From Dehalococcoidia bacterium (GTDB lineage: Bacteria; Chloroflexota; Dehalococcoidia; Lucifugimonadales; JAGWBF01), in the NCBI GenBank assembly GCA_965224415.1, contig CBDCZB010000005.1, positions 565,846-629,845 of the forward strand: 64,000 nt of DNA, written 5' to 3'. Positions 36,308 to 46,296 of this stretch are shown one piece after another. A model generated the notes under the pieces. The model was given only the letters and a program-made list of their open reading frames with translations, was not told where the DNA came from and did no database searches. The position numbers and the translations under genes were made by a program. The number at the start of each line of letters is the position of its first letter. Within the stretch, counting starts at the first letter, position 1.

Positions 36308-37147
36308 ATGTTTGCCTGCTGGGGTAAGCTGGCCTCTGCCGACGAGCCGTCCAGCTATCACCCATTGCTTTGCCACATGGTAGACGTGGCAATGGTCACG
36401 CGGGAGATGTGGCAGTATTCCCTCTCACCCAGTCAGCGGGGCGGATTGTCTATCGGCTTGGGATTGGAACATGACCAGGACTCAGCTGGCCTCTGGTGCG
36501 CCTTCCTCGCCGGGCTCCACGACTTGGGTAAAGCATCGCCAGCTTTCCAACTACAAGTTGACAGGGTGCGCGGGGAGGTCAAGCAACGACTCCGGGACAA
36601 CGGATTGCCCGTTCCTACCTTGCACGATTCCAGGCACACGCCCCATGGTGTGATAACCACCACCGTTCTTCCGTACATACTCGCAGACGCGTTCGGGATG
36701 GGTAGGCACATTGCCAACCGCATCGGGACGGTCATCGGCGGGCATCACGGCGTATTCCCCACCAGCAGCGAGACTCAGGGCGTCAGTTCCACCGCCAGAG
36801 GCAATCAAAGGTGGGACCATCACCGGCGCGTCCTGGCAGATCAGCTGGCTAACGTGCTCCATGTGCCCCGCGACCGTCAGCCCGACAGAATCGACAACGC
36901 CGTGGCTATGACCCTGGCTGGGTTCGTCAGCGTCTCGGACTGGGTCGGATCCAACACCGAGTTCTTTCCATACACCGTTCCTACGAGCACGAAGGCATAT
37001 GCTTGTTGTGCTGAGAAGCGGGCAGGGAAAGCACTCGACACTTTGGGTTTTCTCATGAGGCCGGGGCCGCGAGAAGCCCGGGGGTTCGCCGGACTGTTCC
37101 CAGGCATATCCAAACCCAACGATCTGCAACACTCCGTAGAGTCTCTA
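36308..37147 (+). pseudogene. cas3: cas3 5' part (HD nuclease domain), truncated by IS insertion
   Basis: ATG 36308 gives MFACWGKLASADEPSSYHPLLCHMVDVA; HD motifs LHDLGK and GGHHG; the last 10 residues of track ORF 36272..37177 are IS-derived read-through. Confidence 0.85.
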
Positions 37148-38365
37148 GTATTCGGCCAATCTGGCATTGTCAGTTAGTACGTGAGCCCAGACAGGATGCT
37201 ACCTTGGGGATAGACGAAGGGTTGTGGGATGTGAGGTGGTCATGGTGCAGGAGAAGTACGGAGTCCGGCTGGCAACACAGGAAAAGGGACGGCTCAGGAA
37301 GATGATCAGGGCTGGGAGGAGTTCCGCACAGGCGATTACCCGGGCCCGCATCCTGATCAAGATAGATGAGGGCTGGACCGCCCCCCAGGTGGCCACCGCA
37401 CTGGACGTGTCGGAGCGGACCGTGTTCCGCACCAAGCGGCGGTATGCCGAGGAAGGACTGGACGAGGTGCTGAGGCACCATAACCAGGTCAACCGGCCCA
37501 GAAAGGTGGATGAAAGGGTGGAGGCCCACCTGATAGCCTTGGCCTGCAGCCCGGTGCCCGACGGTCATGACCACTGGACCATGCGGGCCCTGGCGGGCAA
37601 GGTGGTGGAGTTGGGATTGGTGGAGTCTTTATCTCCCGAGACGGTCCGCCTGCGGCTAAAAAAAACACGCTCAAGCCGTGGCTCAAGAAACAATGGTGCA
37701 TCCCCAAGGTAGGTGGAGAGTTCCGGCCATGGAGGACGTGCTGGATCTCTACGCCGAGCCCTACGATCCGCAGAGGCCGGTGGTCTGCTTTGACGAGACC
37801 TCCACCCAGTTGCTGGCCGACGTGAGGGAACCGCTGCCGGCAAAGCCTGGGAGGCCGAGGCGTGAGGACTACGAATACCAGCGGGGAGGGACGCGCAACC
37901 TGTTCCTCACCTGTGAGCCTCGCCGGGGCTGGCGCCACGTGGCGATAACCCGGCAACGCACCATGCAGGACTTCGCTCAGCAGATGCGGTGGCTGGTGGA
38001 TGAGGCCTACCCCGATGTCCCGGTGATTCGGCTGGTTCTCGACAATCTGAACACGCATCGGATGGCCTCGCTTTACGAGACTTTCCCGGCGGCCGAGGCC
38101 CGGCGCATCGCCAAGCGGCTGGAGTTGCACCACACTCCCAAGCACGGAAGCTGGCTGAATATGGCGGAGATCGAGTTCAGCGTGCTGGCCCGGGCCTGCC
38201 TGCGCGGACGCAACGGAGATGAGGACAGCCTGGAAAGAGCCGTCAGCGCCTGCGTGTCAGAGCGGAACGCGATAGGAGCTACCATTAACTGGCGGTTCAC
38301 TGCCCAAGACGCCAGACGCAAACTCCATCGCCTCTATCCCTGCCAATCCTGATTTGGTTCAGTAC
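37148..38365 (+). mobile_element. IS630-family insertion sequence (1218 bp) with TA target duplication
   Basis: Ends GTATTCGGCCAATCTGGCATTGTCAG and (reverse complement) GTACTGAACCAAATCAGGATTGGCAG match at about 19 of 27 aligned positions. TA at 37146-37147 and 38366-38367. Removing the element and one TA restores the cas3 frame. Confidence 0.85.
37242..38352 (+). pseudogene. IS630-family DDE transposase needing two frame changes
   Basis: HTH part (frame of 37224..37712), conserved NTLKPWLKKQWCIPKVGGEF only in a third frame after an A8 run (37658-37665), catalytic part AMEDVLDLYAEPYDPQRPVVCFDETS...DNLNTH...LNMAEIEF in the frame of 37678..38352. Confidence 0.7.
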
Positions 38366-38367
38366 TA

Positions 38368-40293
38368 GCAGGAGACCTGACCGAGCCAGGATTTGTCATA
38401 ATCGAAGCGCCCATGGGGGAGGGTAAGACCGAGGCAGCAATTTACCTTGCCGACAACTGGGCAGTATCCGCAGGCCAGGAGGGGCATTACTTCGCCCTTC
38501 CAACCCAGGCCACCAGCAACCAGATATTCGGCAGGGTCCGAGATTTCCTGAATGACCGGTACGCAGACAGTTTGGTGCAGCTACAGCTTCTCCACGGCCA
38601 CGCCTCGTTATCCTCGGAATTCGAGGCGCTGCGCAAGAACCATGATCGCTTCTTCACGCCTCGGTATTCCGGAGTCGAGAGCGACAGCGAACATCTAGAA
38701 GTAGTCGCAGCAGAGTGGTTCACGTACCGCAAACGGGGACTGATCTCACCCTTTGGAGTAGGTACCATCGACCAAGCGTTGATGGCGGTCCTCCAGACCA
38801 AGCACATGTTCGTCAGACTTTTCGGCCTCGCGCACAAAACCGTCATCCTAGACGAGGTCCACGCCTACGATGCGTACATGACAACCCTTCTAGAACGACT
38901 TCTGGAGTGGCTGGCTGCTCTCGGGTCGTCGGTTGTTCTGCTGTCGGCCACGCTGCCCAAGGCCCGGCGAAATGCCCTCCTAGACGCCTATCTGCGAGGG
39001 TTGGGTGCCCAATCCAATGAGACCCGATTCGACGCCGCTTATCCTCGCATCACATGGATCTCAGGGAACTCGAAACCAGGTTCTCGCGCCGTGCGGGTTT
39101 CTCCCAGGGGTGTCAAGGAAGTCTCGGTTGAATGGACCGACGGCTCACTCCCCGCCGAGCAGGGATCGCATTTTCCGTTGGGCTTGCGACTGGCGGAAGC
39201 CCTGGCACAAGGAGGCTGCGCCGCCGTTGTATGCAACACAGTGCGCCGTGCCCAAGAGGTCTATCGTGCCCTTAAGCCCTACTTCTCAGGGACAGCCGAA
39301 GATGGCGAGCCTGTGTTGGATCTGCTCCATTCCCAGTATATGGTCCAAGACCGAGACGAGAGGGAGAAGAGAACACTCGCTCGCTTTGGAAAGGTGGGTG
39401 CGAGTACGCCGCGGCCCCACAAGGCAGTGTTGGTTGCGACTCAAGTCATTGAGCAGAGCTTAGACCTAGACTTCGACCTGATGGTATCGGACATAGCTCC
39501 AGCCGACCTGCTGCTCCAGCGGGTCGGGAGGCTCCATCGCCACGAGCGTCTGCGCCCTCATGCTCTGGAGCGGCCGCAGCTGTTGGTATGTCAACCAGAG
39601 ATGGAAGGCGACGTACCGCGGTTCGATCCCGGCACCACCGCCGTCTACGACTCTTACATTCTGCTTCGCAGCTGGCTGACGCTTGGAGACCGCACCACCG
39701 TCCGCGTGCCTGTTGACGTGGAATCCATCATCGCGGACGTATACGACGACGACCGCCACCCTCATGGCCTATCCGAGCAACTGCGTGAGGCGTGGTTTGA
39801 AACTCAAAAGGAGTTGCAGAAGGCGATAGAAGGAGACAGCGAAGAGGCCAGAGTCCGCTGGATCAAACCTCCTTCATACGGCGGACAACTCTGGCGGCTG
39901 ACAGAAGACCCCAGAGAGGAAGACGCCCCTGATTTTCACCAGGCGCACCGGGCGCTGACTCGACTCACGCCTCCCAGCGTGTCAGTTGTCCTTCTCTTCG
40001 GAACTTATGAGAGTGCCTGGTTGGATGCTGCGCATCGTGCATCAGTAGACATAGACAACGTGCCGTCGATTGACGCCATGAAACAATTGTTGATGCGTTC
40101 AGCCAATATCTCCGACAGGCGTGTGGTCTTTCAACTCCTAGGACAACTGCCGCCAAAAGGCTGGCGGCGGACGGCTTTGTTGAGAAACCACAGAGCGATA
40201 TTCCTGGATGGAGATGGGTGTTCGGAGAGCATAGATGGCTACAGCATTAGACTGGACTCCGAGACCGGCCTAACCGTATTCGGACTTGAATGA
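38368..40293 (+). pseudogene. cas3: cas3 3' part (SF2 helicase and C-terminal domain)
   Basis: Frame open from 38368 (AGDLTEPGFVIIEAPMGEGKTEAA = motif I), DEVH box ILDEVHAYD, SATLP, QVIEQSLDLDFD, RVGRLHRH. Confidence 0.9.
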
Positions 40294-40299
40294 GGAACT

Positions 40300-41883
40300 G
40301 TGTTGGCGACATTCAACCTGGTAGATGAACCCTGGATTCCCTGCACGATGCTGGATGGGACCCGGAGGTCGCTGGGCCTGCGTGAGACGTTGACTCAGGC
40401 GCAGGACGTTGGAGAATTGGGCGGTGACTCTCCTCTGGAAGTCGCTTCGCTTCACCGCCTCCTGCTCGCAGTGCTCCACCGGAACTTTGACATTGGAGAC
40501 TCGCAACAGTGGGGTACCCTCTGGGAGAGCGGGGCATTTGATTCCGGGGTGATCAATGGCTATTTCGAGAAGTGGCGTAGTCGCTTCGACCTGTTCGATG
40601 GGGAGCGGCCGTTCTATCAGGTTGCGGGCCTCGACCTGACCAAGGGTGGTTCGTCTGCGAGGCTGTTCTTCCACCAGGACAACAACGCCACGCTGTTCAC
40701 GCATGTAGCCACGGCCGACCCTCCTTCTCTCACCCCGCCTGAGTCGGCCAGACTGCTCGTCGGATTCATGGCGTTTGATGTAGGGGGCCTCAAGACCGGA
40801 GGGCCTGCCAAAGCCGCGATGCTTAACAACGGCGCAGTGGTGTTGGTAAAGGGCAGCAATCTGTTTCAGACCCTGATGCTAAACCTATGCCGGTACGCTC
40901 CTGAGCAGGGTGACCCCTGGGACTTCAATCGTGACCACGACATACCTGCATGGGAACGTGACAAAGCACCTCACGCGGAAGATAGGAATCCGGCTGGCTA
41001 CATCGACCTGCTCACGTGGCAGAGCCGTCGCATTCGACTCCAGCCCGAAACTGGGCAAGACGGAAGCACCGTCGTCAAGAACGTGGTCATCATGAAGGGT
41101 GCGCAGCCTCCCAATAACTTCGGGCTCCGAAATAGGGAGACGATGTTGGCGTTCAGGAGCAACCCACATGCCAAGGGCCAACAGGACCCCTGGCCGGTCG
41201 TGACCTTCCGGGAGGATAGAGCTCTGTGGCGGGACAGTCACGCTCTGATGTACTCGACCAACGCCGAATCGGTACAGCCCAAGACTTTTACTTGGGTGGC
41301 AGACCTGGCATCGGAGGGCATCATCCCCTACTCACAGATTGTCCCGGTGGATGTTTTTGGCCTAGGAAGCACCCGGGCGAAGATTGACTTCTGGCGGCAC
41401 GAGCGGTTGCCATTGCCGCTGGCATACCTGAAAGACAAACAGCTGGCCGACACTCTCAGGGATGTGCTGGATTTGACCGAAACGACGGCTCAGAATCTGA
41501 ACCGGGCCATGTGGACCATGGCAACGAGAATGCTCGCAGCAGGCCCGGACCGGAAGCCGAAAGCGGAAGACGTCCGAAATCTCTCAGACCACCTTGGTGC
41601 GGGTCGTGCTTACTGGTCTCAACTGGAGACGCCGTTCAAGCGACTCTTGGTGGAGTTGCCCGATGACAAGGACGAAGAGAGCGAGTACGGCGGCGTGCAG
41701 ATCGGCAAATGGAAGTCAACGCTGCGCCACGCGCTATGGAAAGCCTTCCGCGAGTCCACCCGGGGCATGGAGCGCTCCACGCGAAATCTCAAGGCCGTGG
41801 CCCTCGCGGAGCGTAGCCTAACGGCAATCACACGCAAACACCTGGCAGCGCATGAGGCTGGAGACCTAAATGACGCAGCATAG
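40300..41883 (+). CDS. cas8e: Cascade large subunit Cse1/Cas8e
   Basis: ORF track 527 aa (GTG); N-terminus MLATFNLVDEPWIPC typical of Cse1; position after cas3. Confidence 0.85.
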   Translation: MLATFNLVDEPWIPCTMLDGTRRSLGLRETLTQAQDVGELGGDSPLEVASLHRLLLAVLHRNFDIGDSQQWGTLWESGAFDSGVINGYFEKWRSRFDLFDGERPFYQVAGLDLTKGGSSARLFFHQDNNATLFTHVATADPPSLTPPESARLLVGFMAFDVGGLKTGGPAKAAMLNNGAVVLVKGSNLFQTLMLNLCRYAPEQGDPWDFNRDHDIPAWERDKAPHAEDRNPAGYIDLLTWQSRRIRLQPETGQDGSTVVKNVVIMKGAQPPNNFGLRNRETMLAFRSNPHAKGQQDPWPVVTFREDRALWRDSHALMYSTNAESVQPKTFTWVADLASEGIIPYSQIVPVDVFGLGSTRAKIDFWRHERLPLPLAYLKDKQLADTLRDVLDLTETTAQNLNRAMWTMATRMLAAGPDRKPKAEDVRNLSDHLGAGRAYWSQLETPFKRLLVELPDDKDEESEYGGVQIGKWKSTLRHALWKAFRESTRGMERSTRNLKAVALAERSLTAITRKHLAAHEAGDLNDAA

Positions 41884-42409
41884 TAAGACCGAAAGATTCG
41901 TAGAGTATCTCCTGGGGTTGGAAGAGCGAAGGGACCAAGGAGCGCTCGCCGCCCTCCGTCGTGGGCTTGGAAGGATGCCCGGCACAGCGCCGGAGATGCA
42001 CAGGTACGTAGCCCCTAGGTCCAACGGCGAATCCTCGCGCTGGATGGAAGATGTGTTCTACATAGTCGCCGCTCTCTTCGCCTTCCACCCGATCCACTGG
42101 AGCAGAGACAATGAAGCCCGGTCCAACCTTGGCGATTCATTTGCCCGGCTGAGACATGCGGAGGGCGTGTCCGAAGAGGGGGTCGAGCGTCGCTTCACGG
42201 AGTTGTTAAGTGTCCACGTGGAAGACTTGCATGTTCACCTGCGCCACGCTGTGAGCCTGCTGAAGGCGAAGGCCATCCCCATAGATTGGGTCCGTCTCCT
42301 CGATGACCTCAAATACTGGGGGCACGAAGACCGTATGATCCAGCGCAATTGGGCTAGGGCGTTCTGGAGGGTGGAATCCCTCGACGTCGACGACCAAGAC
42401 AGCACTTAG
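41870..42409 (+). CDS. cse2: Cascade small subunit Cse2/Cas11
   Basis: ORF track 179 aa; GALAALRRGLG and WARAFW motifs, size and position. Confidence 0.75.
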   Translation: MTQHSKTERFVEYLLGLEERRDQGALAALRRGLGRMPGTAPEMHRYVAPRSNGESSRWMEDVFYIVAALFAFHPIHWSRDNEARSNLGDSFARLRHAEGVSEEGVERRFTELLSVHVEDLHVHLRHAVSLLKAKAIPIDWVRLLDDLKYWGHEDRMIQRNWARAFWRVESLDVDDQDST

Positions 42410-42423
42410 GACGAGGAGGAATC

Positions 42424-43593
42424 ATGTTTGTGGAGATTCACATACTTCAGAACTTTGCGCCGTCCAACCTGAATCGGGACGACACGGGTATGCCCAAGGA
42501 CTGCGAGTTCGGCGGGTACCGCCGCGCCCGTATCTCCAGTCAGTGCTTCAAGCGCGCGGTGAGGAACGAGTTCAGCGCGGTGGGACTGATAGAGCGAGAA
42601 TACCTCGCCAGGCGCACCAAACGACTGGTTGCCGAGCTTGCTGATCGCCTTGAGGCTGGAGGCAGGGATGTCGAAGAGGCCAAGTCAGTGATCAAGCTCG
42701 TCCTCCGTGGCGCTAAGCTTGAGGTAGGAAGTGACGACAAGACACAGTATCTCCTATTCCTCGGCAACAGGGAAATCGACAAGCTAGCCGACGTATGTGC
42801 AAAGCACCGGGACGAGCTTGCCGCTATAGCTGCTGCCAATGCCGCACCGACTCAGGGTGATAGCACACGCAGACGGAGGAAGAGTGCAGGCAAGGAGGCG
42901 ATTCCAAAAGAAGTACGAGATGCCACGCTCCAAATCTTCGACGGCGGAAAGGCTGCCGACCTCGCCCTGTTTGGCCGGATGCTGGCCGACCTGCCCGACA
43001 AGAACATAGAGGCCGCGTCCCAAGTGGCCCACGCCATCTCCACGAATCGCATAAGCATGGAGTTGGACTACTACACCGCTGTGGACGACCTGAAGCCAGA
43101 TGACACCGCCGGCGCCGATATGATTGGAACCGTCGGCTTCAACTCGGCCTGCTTTTATCGATACTCCAACGTGGACATGGAGCAACTCAAACGCAACCTT
43201 CAAGGCGACGAGGAATTGGCCCAGAAGACCCTGGAAGCATTCATCCAGGCATTGGTAAACGCCGTTCCCACAGGCAAGCAGAACAGCATGGCTGCCCATA
43301 ACCCTCCCTCTTTCGTCCTGGCCGTCGTACGGAGGTCCTCCCTCTGGAACCTGGCCAACGCCTTCCTAAAACCCGTAGCCCCCTATGCGGGCGAAGACTT
43401 GGCGCTGCGCTCCATCAAGGCTTTGGATTCGTACTGGGGCAAGCTCGCGAGAGTGTACGGAGATGACGCCATCGTCGGGAAGTCGTCCGTCTCGCTGGAA
43501 GAAGACGGCGTCGACAACCTCAAGACCAGCGCCGTGCGCTCGGTCGACGCGCTTGTCGAGAACGTCTTGGCCGAGACCCGGGGTGGACTATGA
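42424..43593 (+). CDS. cas7: Cascade backbone subunit Cas7e (Cse4/CasC)
   Basis: ORF track 389 aa; IHILQNFAPSNLNRDDTGMPKDCEFGGYRRARISSQCFKRAVR parallels the E. coli CasC N-terminus. Confidence 0.85.
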   Translation: MFVEIHILQNFAPSNLNRDDTGMPKDCEFGGYRRARISSQCFKRAVRNEFSAVGLIEREYLARRTKRLVAELADRLEAGGRDVEEAKSVIKLVLRGAKLEVGSDDKTQYLLFLGNREIDKLADVCAKHRDELAAIAAANAAPTQGDSTRRRRKSAGKEAIPKEVRDATLQIFDGGKAADLALFGRMLADLPDKNIEAASQVAHAISTNRISMELDYYTAVDDLKPDDTAGADMIGTVGFNSACFYRYSNVDMEQLKRNLQGDEELAQKTLEAFIQALVNAVPTGKQNSMAAHNPPSFVLAVVRRSSLWNLANAFLKPVAPYAGEDLALRSIKALDSYWGKLARVYGDDAIVGKSSVSLEEDGVDNLKTSAVRSVDALVENVLAETRGGL

Positions 43594-44351
43594 ATACACT
43601 GCTGATGCGCTTGGCCGGACCGATGCAGTCCTGGGGGACGCAAAGCCGGTTCACCATGAGAGATACAGGCCGAGAGCCGTCCAAGAGCGGCGTGATCGGC
43701 CTTCTATGCGCAGCTTTGGGCCGAGGCAGGGCTGAGCCGCTGGACGACCTCGCCGCCCTGCGCCTGGGCGTACGAGTGGACCGCCCAGGCGACATGAAGT
43801 TGGACTATCACACGGCGGGCGGCGGCAGACTTCCCGACGGGCACCCTTACGGGGTGCGTCGTGCCTCGGGTGGGTCTGGTGACACGGTGTTGTCCAACCG
43901 CTACTACCTGGCAGACGCCGACTTCCTGGTGGGCATGGAATACAAGGACATCGATCTGTTGCGCCATCTCGACAATGCGCTTCGAAACCCCGTCTGGCAG
44001 CTCTGCCTCGGCCGGAAGGCTTTCATCCCCGGAGTGCCGATTTATGTTCCCTGGGGACTCCGTGAGGGAAAGTGCCTGGAAGACGCGTTGACAGTACACC
44101 CCTGGCCGCGGTGGGACTTGGATGTACCGGTAATGCGAGACCGACCGGACGCCCTGCGCTTGGCAATCGAAGACATCAACGGTGAGGAGGTGCGTATGGA
44201 TCAACCGACTGGAGCTTCGTTCCAGACACGCCGCTTCCTTCCGCGCCGAGTCAAGAGCCACTTTCGCAAGCTTGGCACAGGCGACCGCGAGGTCCCTGTG
44301 CGATCAGACGCTGAGGAGGATGTCGATGTACTTGTCACGACTGGTACTTGA
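43590..44351 (+). CDS. cas5: Cas5e (CasD)
   Basis: ORF track 253 aa; MNTLLMRLAGPMQSWGTQSRF...PSKSGVIGLLCAALGR. Confidence 0.85.
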   Translation: MNTLLMRLAGPMQSWGTQSRFTMRDTGREPSKSGVIGLLCAALGRGRAEPLDDLAALRLGVRVDRPGDMKLDYHTAGGGRLPDGHPYGVRRASGGSGDTVLSNRYYLADADFLVGMEYKDIDLLRHLDNALRNPVWQLCLGRKAFIPGVPIYVPWGLREGKCLEDALTVHPWPRWDLDVPVMRDRPDALRLAIEDINGEEVRMDQPTGASFQTRRFLPRRVKSHFRKLGTGDREVPVRSDAEEDVDVLVTTGT

Positions 44352-45030
44352 TCCGAGGAGTCGCGAGGCTGGCCGAGACTTGGGAGATGTGTATCAGATG
44401 CACCGGACCATTATGTCCGCCTTTCCTCAGGTGAATGAGCAGAGAGAAGCGCGGGCCGACTTGGCCGTTTTGCATCGCCTGGACATTGACCAGCGAGGCG
44501 AAAGAATAGCGCTGCTCGTTCAGTCCGGGGAAGAAGCGGACTGGAGTTGCCTGCCCGACGGCTATCTCTTCAATCCGGCCGGTGAGGGACATAACCATGC
44601 CACCAAGTCAATCTCGGACGCCCTAGCGGCCTTCCGCAAGGGACAGGTGCTGCGGTTTCGTCTGCGGGCCAACCCCACAAAGAGAATTGACACCAAATCC
44701 GGCCCAGACGGACAGCGCCGCAATGGCAGGCGCGTGGACCTGCGCACCGAGACGCAGCAGGTCGAGTGGTTGTCACGCAGGGCGGACCGGGCGGGTTTCC
44801 GCTTGGTTCCCGTCTATCCCGGCAGTAACGCACCAGCGGTCCGGGTAGGCACCAGCGAGAAGCTGCGCGGCAGGACAACAGGGAGGCTGGTAACGCTTGC
44901 TGGGATCCTCTTCGAAGGGCTTCTGGAAGTCACCGACCCGGACGATCTTCGTTTTGCCATCAGAGAGGGACTCGGGCCCGGCAAAGCATTTGGCTGTGGG
45001 CTCTTGTCCTTGGCCCCACTTGGGAGGTAG
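44326..45030 (+). CDS. cas6e: Cas6e (CasE/Cse3) crRNA endoribonuclease
   Basis: Track ORF 44182..45030; ATG 44326 after GAGGAGGA gives MYLSRLVLDPRSREAGRDLGDVYQMHRTIMSAFP; C-terminal GLGPGKAFGCGLL glycine-rich loop. Confidence 0.8.
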   Translation: MYLSRLVLDPRSREAGRDLGDVYQMHRTIMSAFPQVNEQREARADLAVLHRLDIDQRGERIALLVQSGEEADWSCLPDGYLFNPAGEGHNHATKSISDALAAFRKGQVLRFRLRANPTKRIDTKSGPDGQRRNGRRVDLRTETQQVEWLSRRADRAGFRLVPVYPGSNAPAVRVGTSEKLRGRTTGRLVTLAGILFEGLLEVTDPDDLRFAIREGLGPGKAFGCGLLSLAPLGR

Positions 45031-45032
45031 GC

Positions 45033-46028
45033 ATGAGGCTAAAGGATTTGCACGAGCTCCCCAAAGTAAGAGACAGCTGGAGCTACCTCTACGTCGAGCA
45101 TTGCCGGATAGACCAGGACGCAAAGGCAATCGCGCTCCACGACGCCAATGGCAAGACATCAATCCCATGCGCTTCTCTGACCACGCTGATGCTTGGCCCG
45201 GGGACATCCATCACCCATGCCGCCATCAAGACGCTCGCTGATTCAGGTTGCCTCGTGTTGTGGACCGGGGAGGAGGGAGTTCGCTTCTACGCCCAAGGAA
45301 TGGGTGAGACGCGCTCTGCACGTCGGTTGCTGGACCAGGCGAGACTCTGGTCGAATCCCCAAAGCCGGTTGCGCGTTGTCTTTCGGATGTACCAGATGCG
45401 CTTCGAGGAGTCGTTGGACCCATCCACCACTCTACGGCAAGTTCGGGGCAAAGAGGGTATTCGAGTCCGGGAAACCTACGCCAGACTCAGCAGGGAGACC
45501 GGTGTCGAATGGAAAGGCCGTTCATACAAACGGGACCGCTGGAGTGCGGCCGATCCCATCAATCGAGCCCTCTCGGCAGCAAATAGCTGCCTGTACGGAG
45601 TCTGCCACGCCGCAATCGTTTCCGCAGGATATTCCCCGGCCCTCGGGTTTATCCACACGGGGAAGATGCTTTCCTTTGTGTATGACATAGCTGACCTTTA
45701 CAAGACGGAGACATCAATGCCCGCCGCATTCCATGCGGTCGCCGAGGGCGATACTGATGGCCTAGAAAGCACCGTTCGCCGGACATGCCGGGACTACTTT
45801 CACAAGAGCAAGCTCTTGGCTCGCATCGTGTCCGATATTGAGCATGTGTTCACCGTGGAGACCGGAGAGGAATCCGAATCTCCTCTCGACTCCGACCTTT
45901 CGCTGCCCGGAGGCATATGGGACCCCGAGTATGGACTGGTAGAAGGTGGGGTCAATTACTCGGATCTGTTGGAGGAAACCATTGGTAGTCATAATGTTGG
46001 AAAGAGTGTCCCAGAGCCTTCGCGGTGA
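45033..46028 (+). CDS. cas1: Cas1e integrase
   Basis: ORF track 331 aa; SYLYVEHCRI, GPGTSITHAA, ALGFIHTG motifs typical of type I-E Cas1. Confidence 0.9.
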   Translation: MRLKDLHELPKVRDSWSYLYVEHCRIDQDAKAIALHDANGKTSIPCASLTTLMLGPGTSITHAAIKTLADSGCLVLWTGEEGVRFYAQGMGETRSARRLLDQARLWSNPQSRLRVVFRMYQMRFEESLDPSTTLRQVRGKEGIRVRETYARLSRETGVEWKGRSYKRDRWSAADPINRALSAANSCLYGVCHAAIVSAGYSPALGFIHTGKMLSFVYDIADLYKTETSMPAAFHAVAEGDTDGLESTVRRTCRDYFHKSKLLARIVSDIEHVFTVETGEESESPLDSDLSLPGGIWDPEYGLVEGGVNYSDLLEETIGSHNVGKSVPEPSR

Positions 46029-46266
46029 ACTGACCAAGTGGCTCCTGGAACTGAAGGCGGGGGTCTTCGTAGGTCGAGTCTCGGCGATGGTGCGGGAGCG
46101 TCTGTGGGCAAGAGCTTGCAAGGCGATGGGGAAAGGTGGGGGGATCATGGTACATAGTGCTGACAACGAGCAGGGCTTCGAGTTGAGATTCTGGGGCACA
46201 CCTGGGAGGGCGGTACGAGACTTCGAGGGCATTCAACTCGTGCAGCAACCCCAGGAACAAGTATAA
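45982..46266 (+). CDS. cas2: Cas2e
   Basis: Track ORF 45946..46266 (GTG); TTG 45982 five nt after GGAGGA gives (M)VVIMLERVSQSLRGELTKWLLELKAGVFVGRVS, colinear with E. coli Cas2; start uncertain. Confidence 0.8.
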   Translation: MVVIMLERVSQSLRGELTKWLLELKAGVFVGRVSAMVRERLWARACKAMGKGGGIMVHSADNEQGFELRFWGTPGRAVRDFEGIQLVQQPQEQV

Positions 46267-46296
46267 ATCCTACTGAAAGATCGGCTAATTTCCAGT

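Noticed and set aside
37174-37200. Alternative left end of the IS at TAGTACGTGAGCC (about 37176)
   Set aside because: Joining cas3 at that boundary leaves the two halves out of frame and the inverted-repeat match is poorer. The boundary at 37148 restores the frame exactly with a TA duplication.
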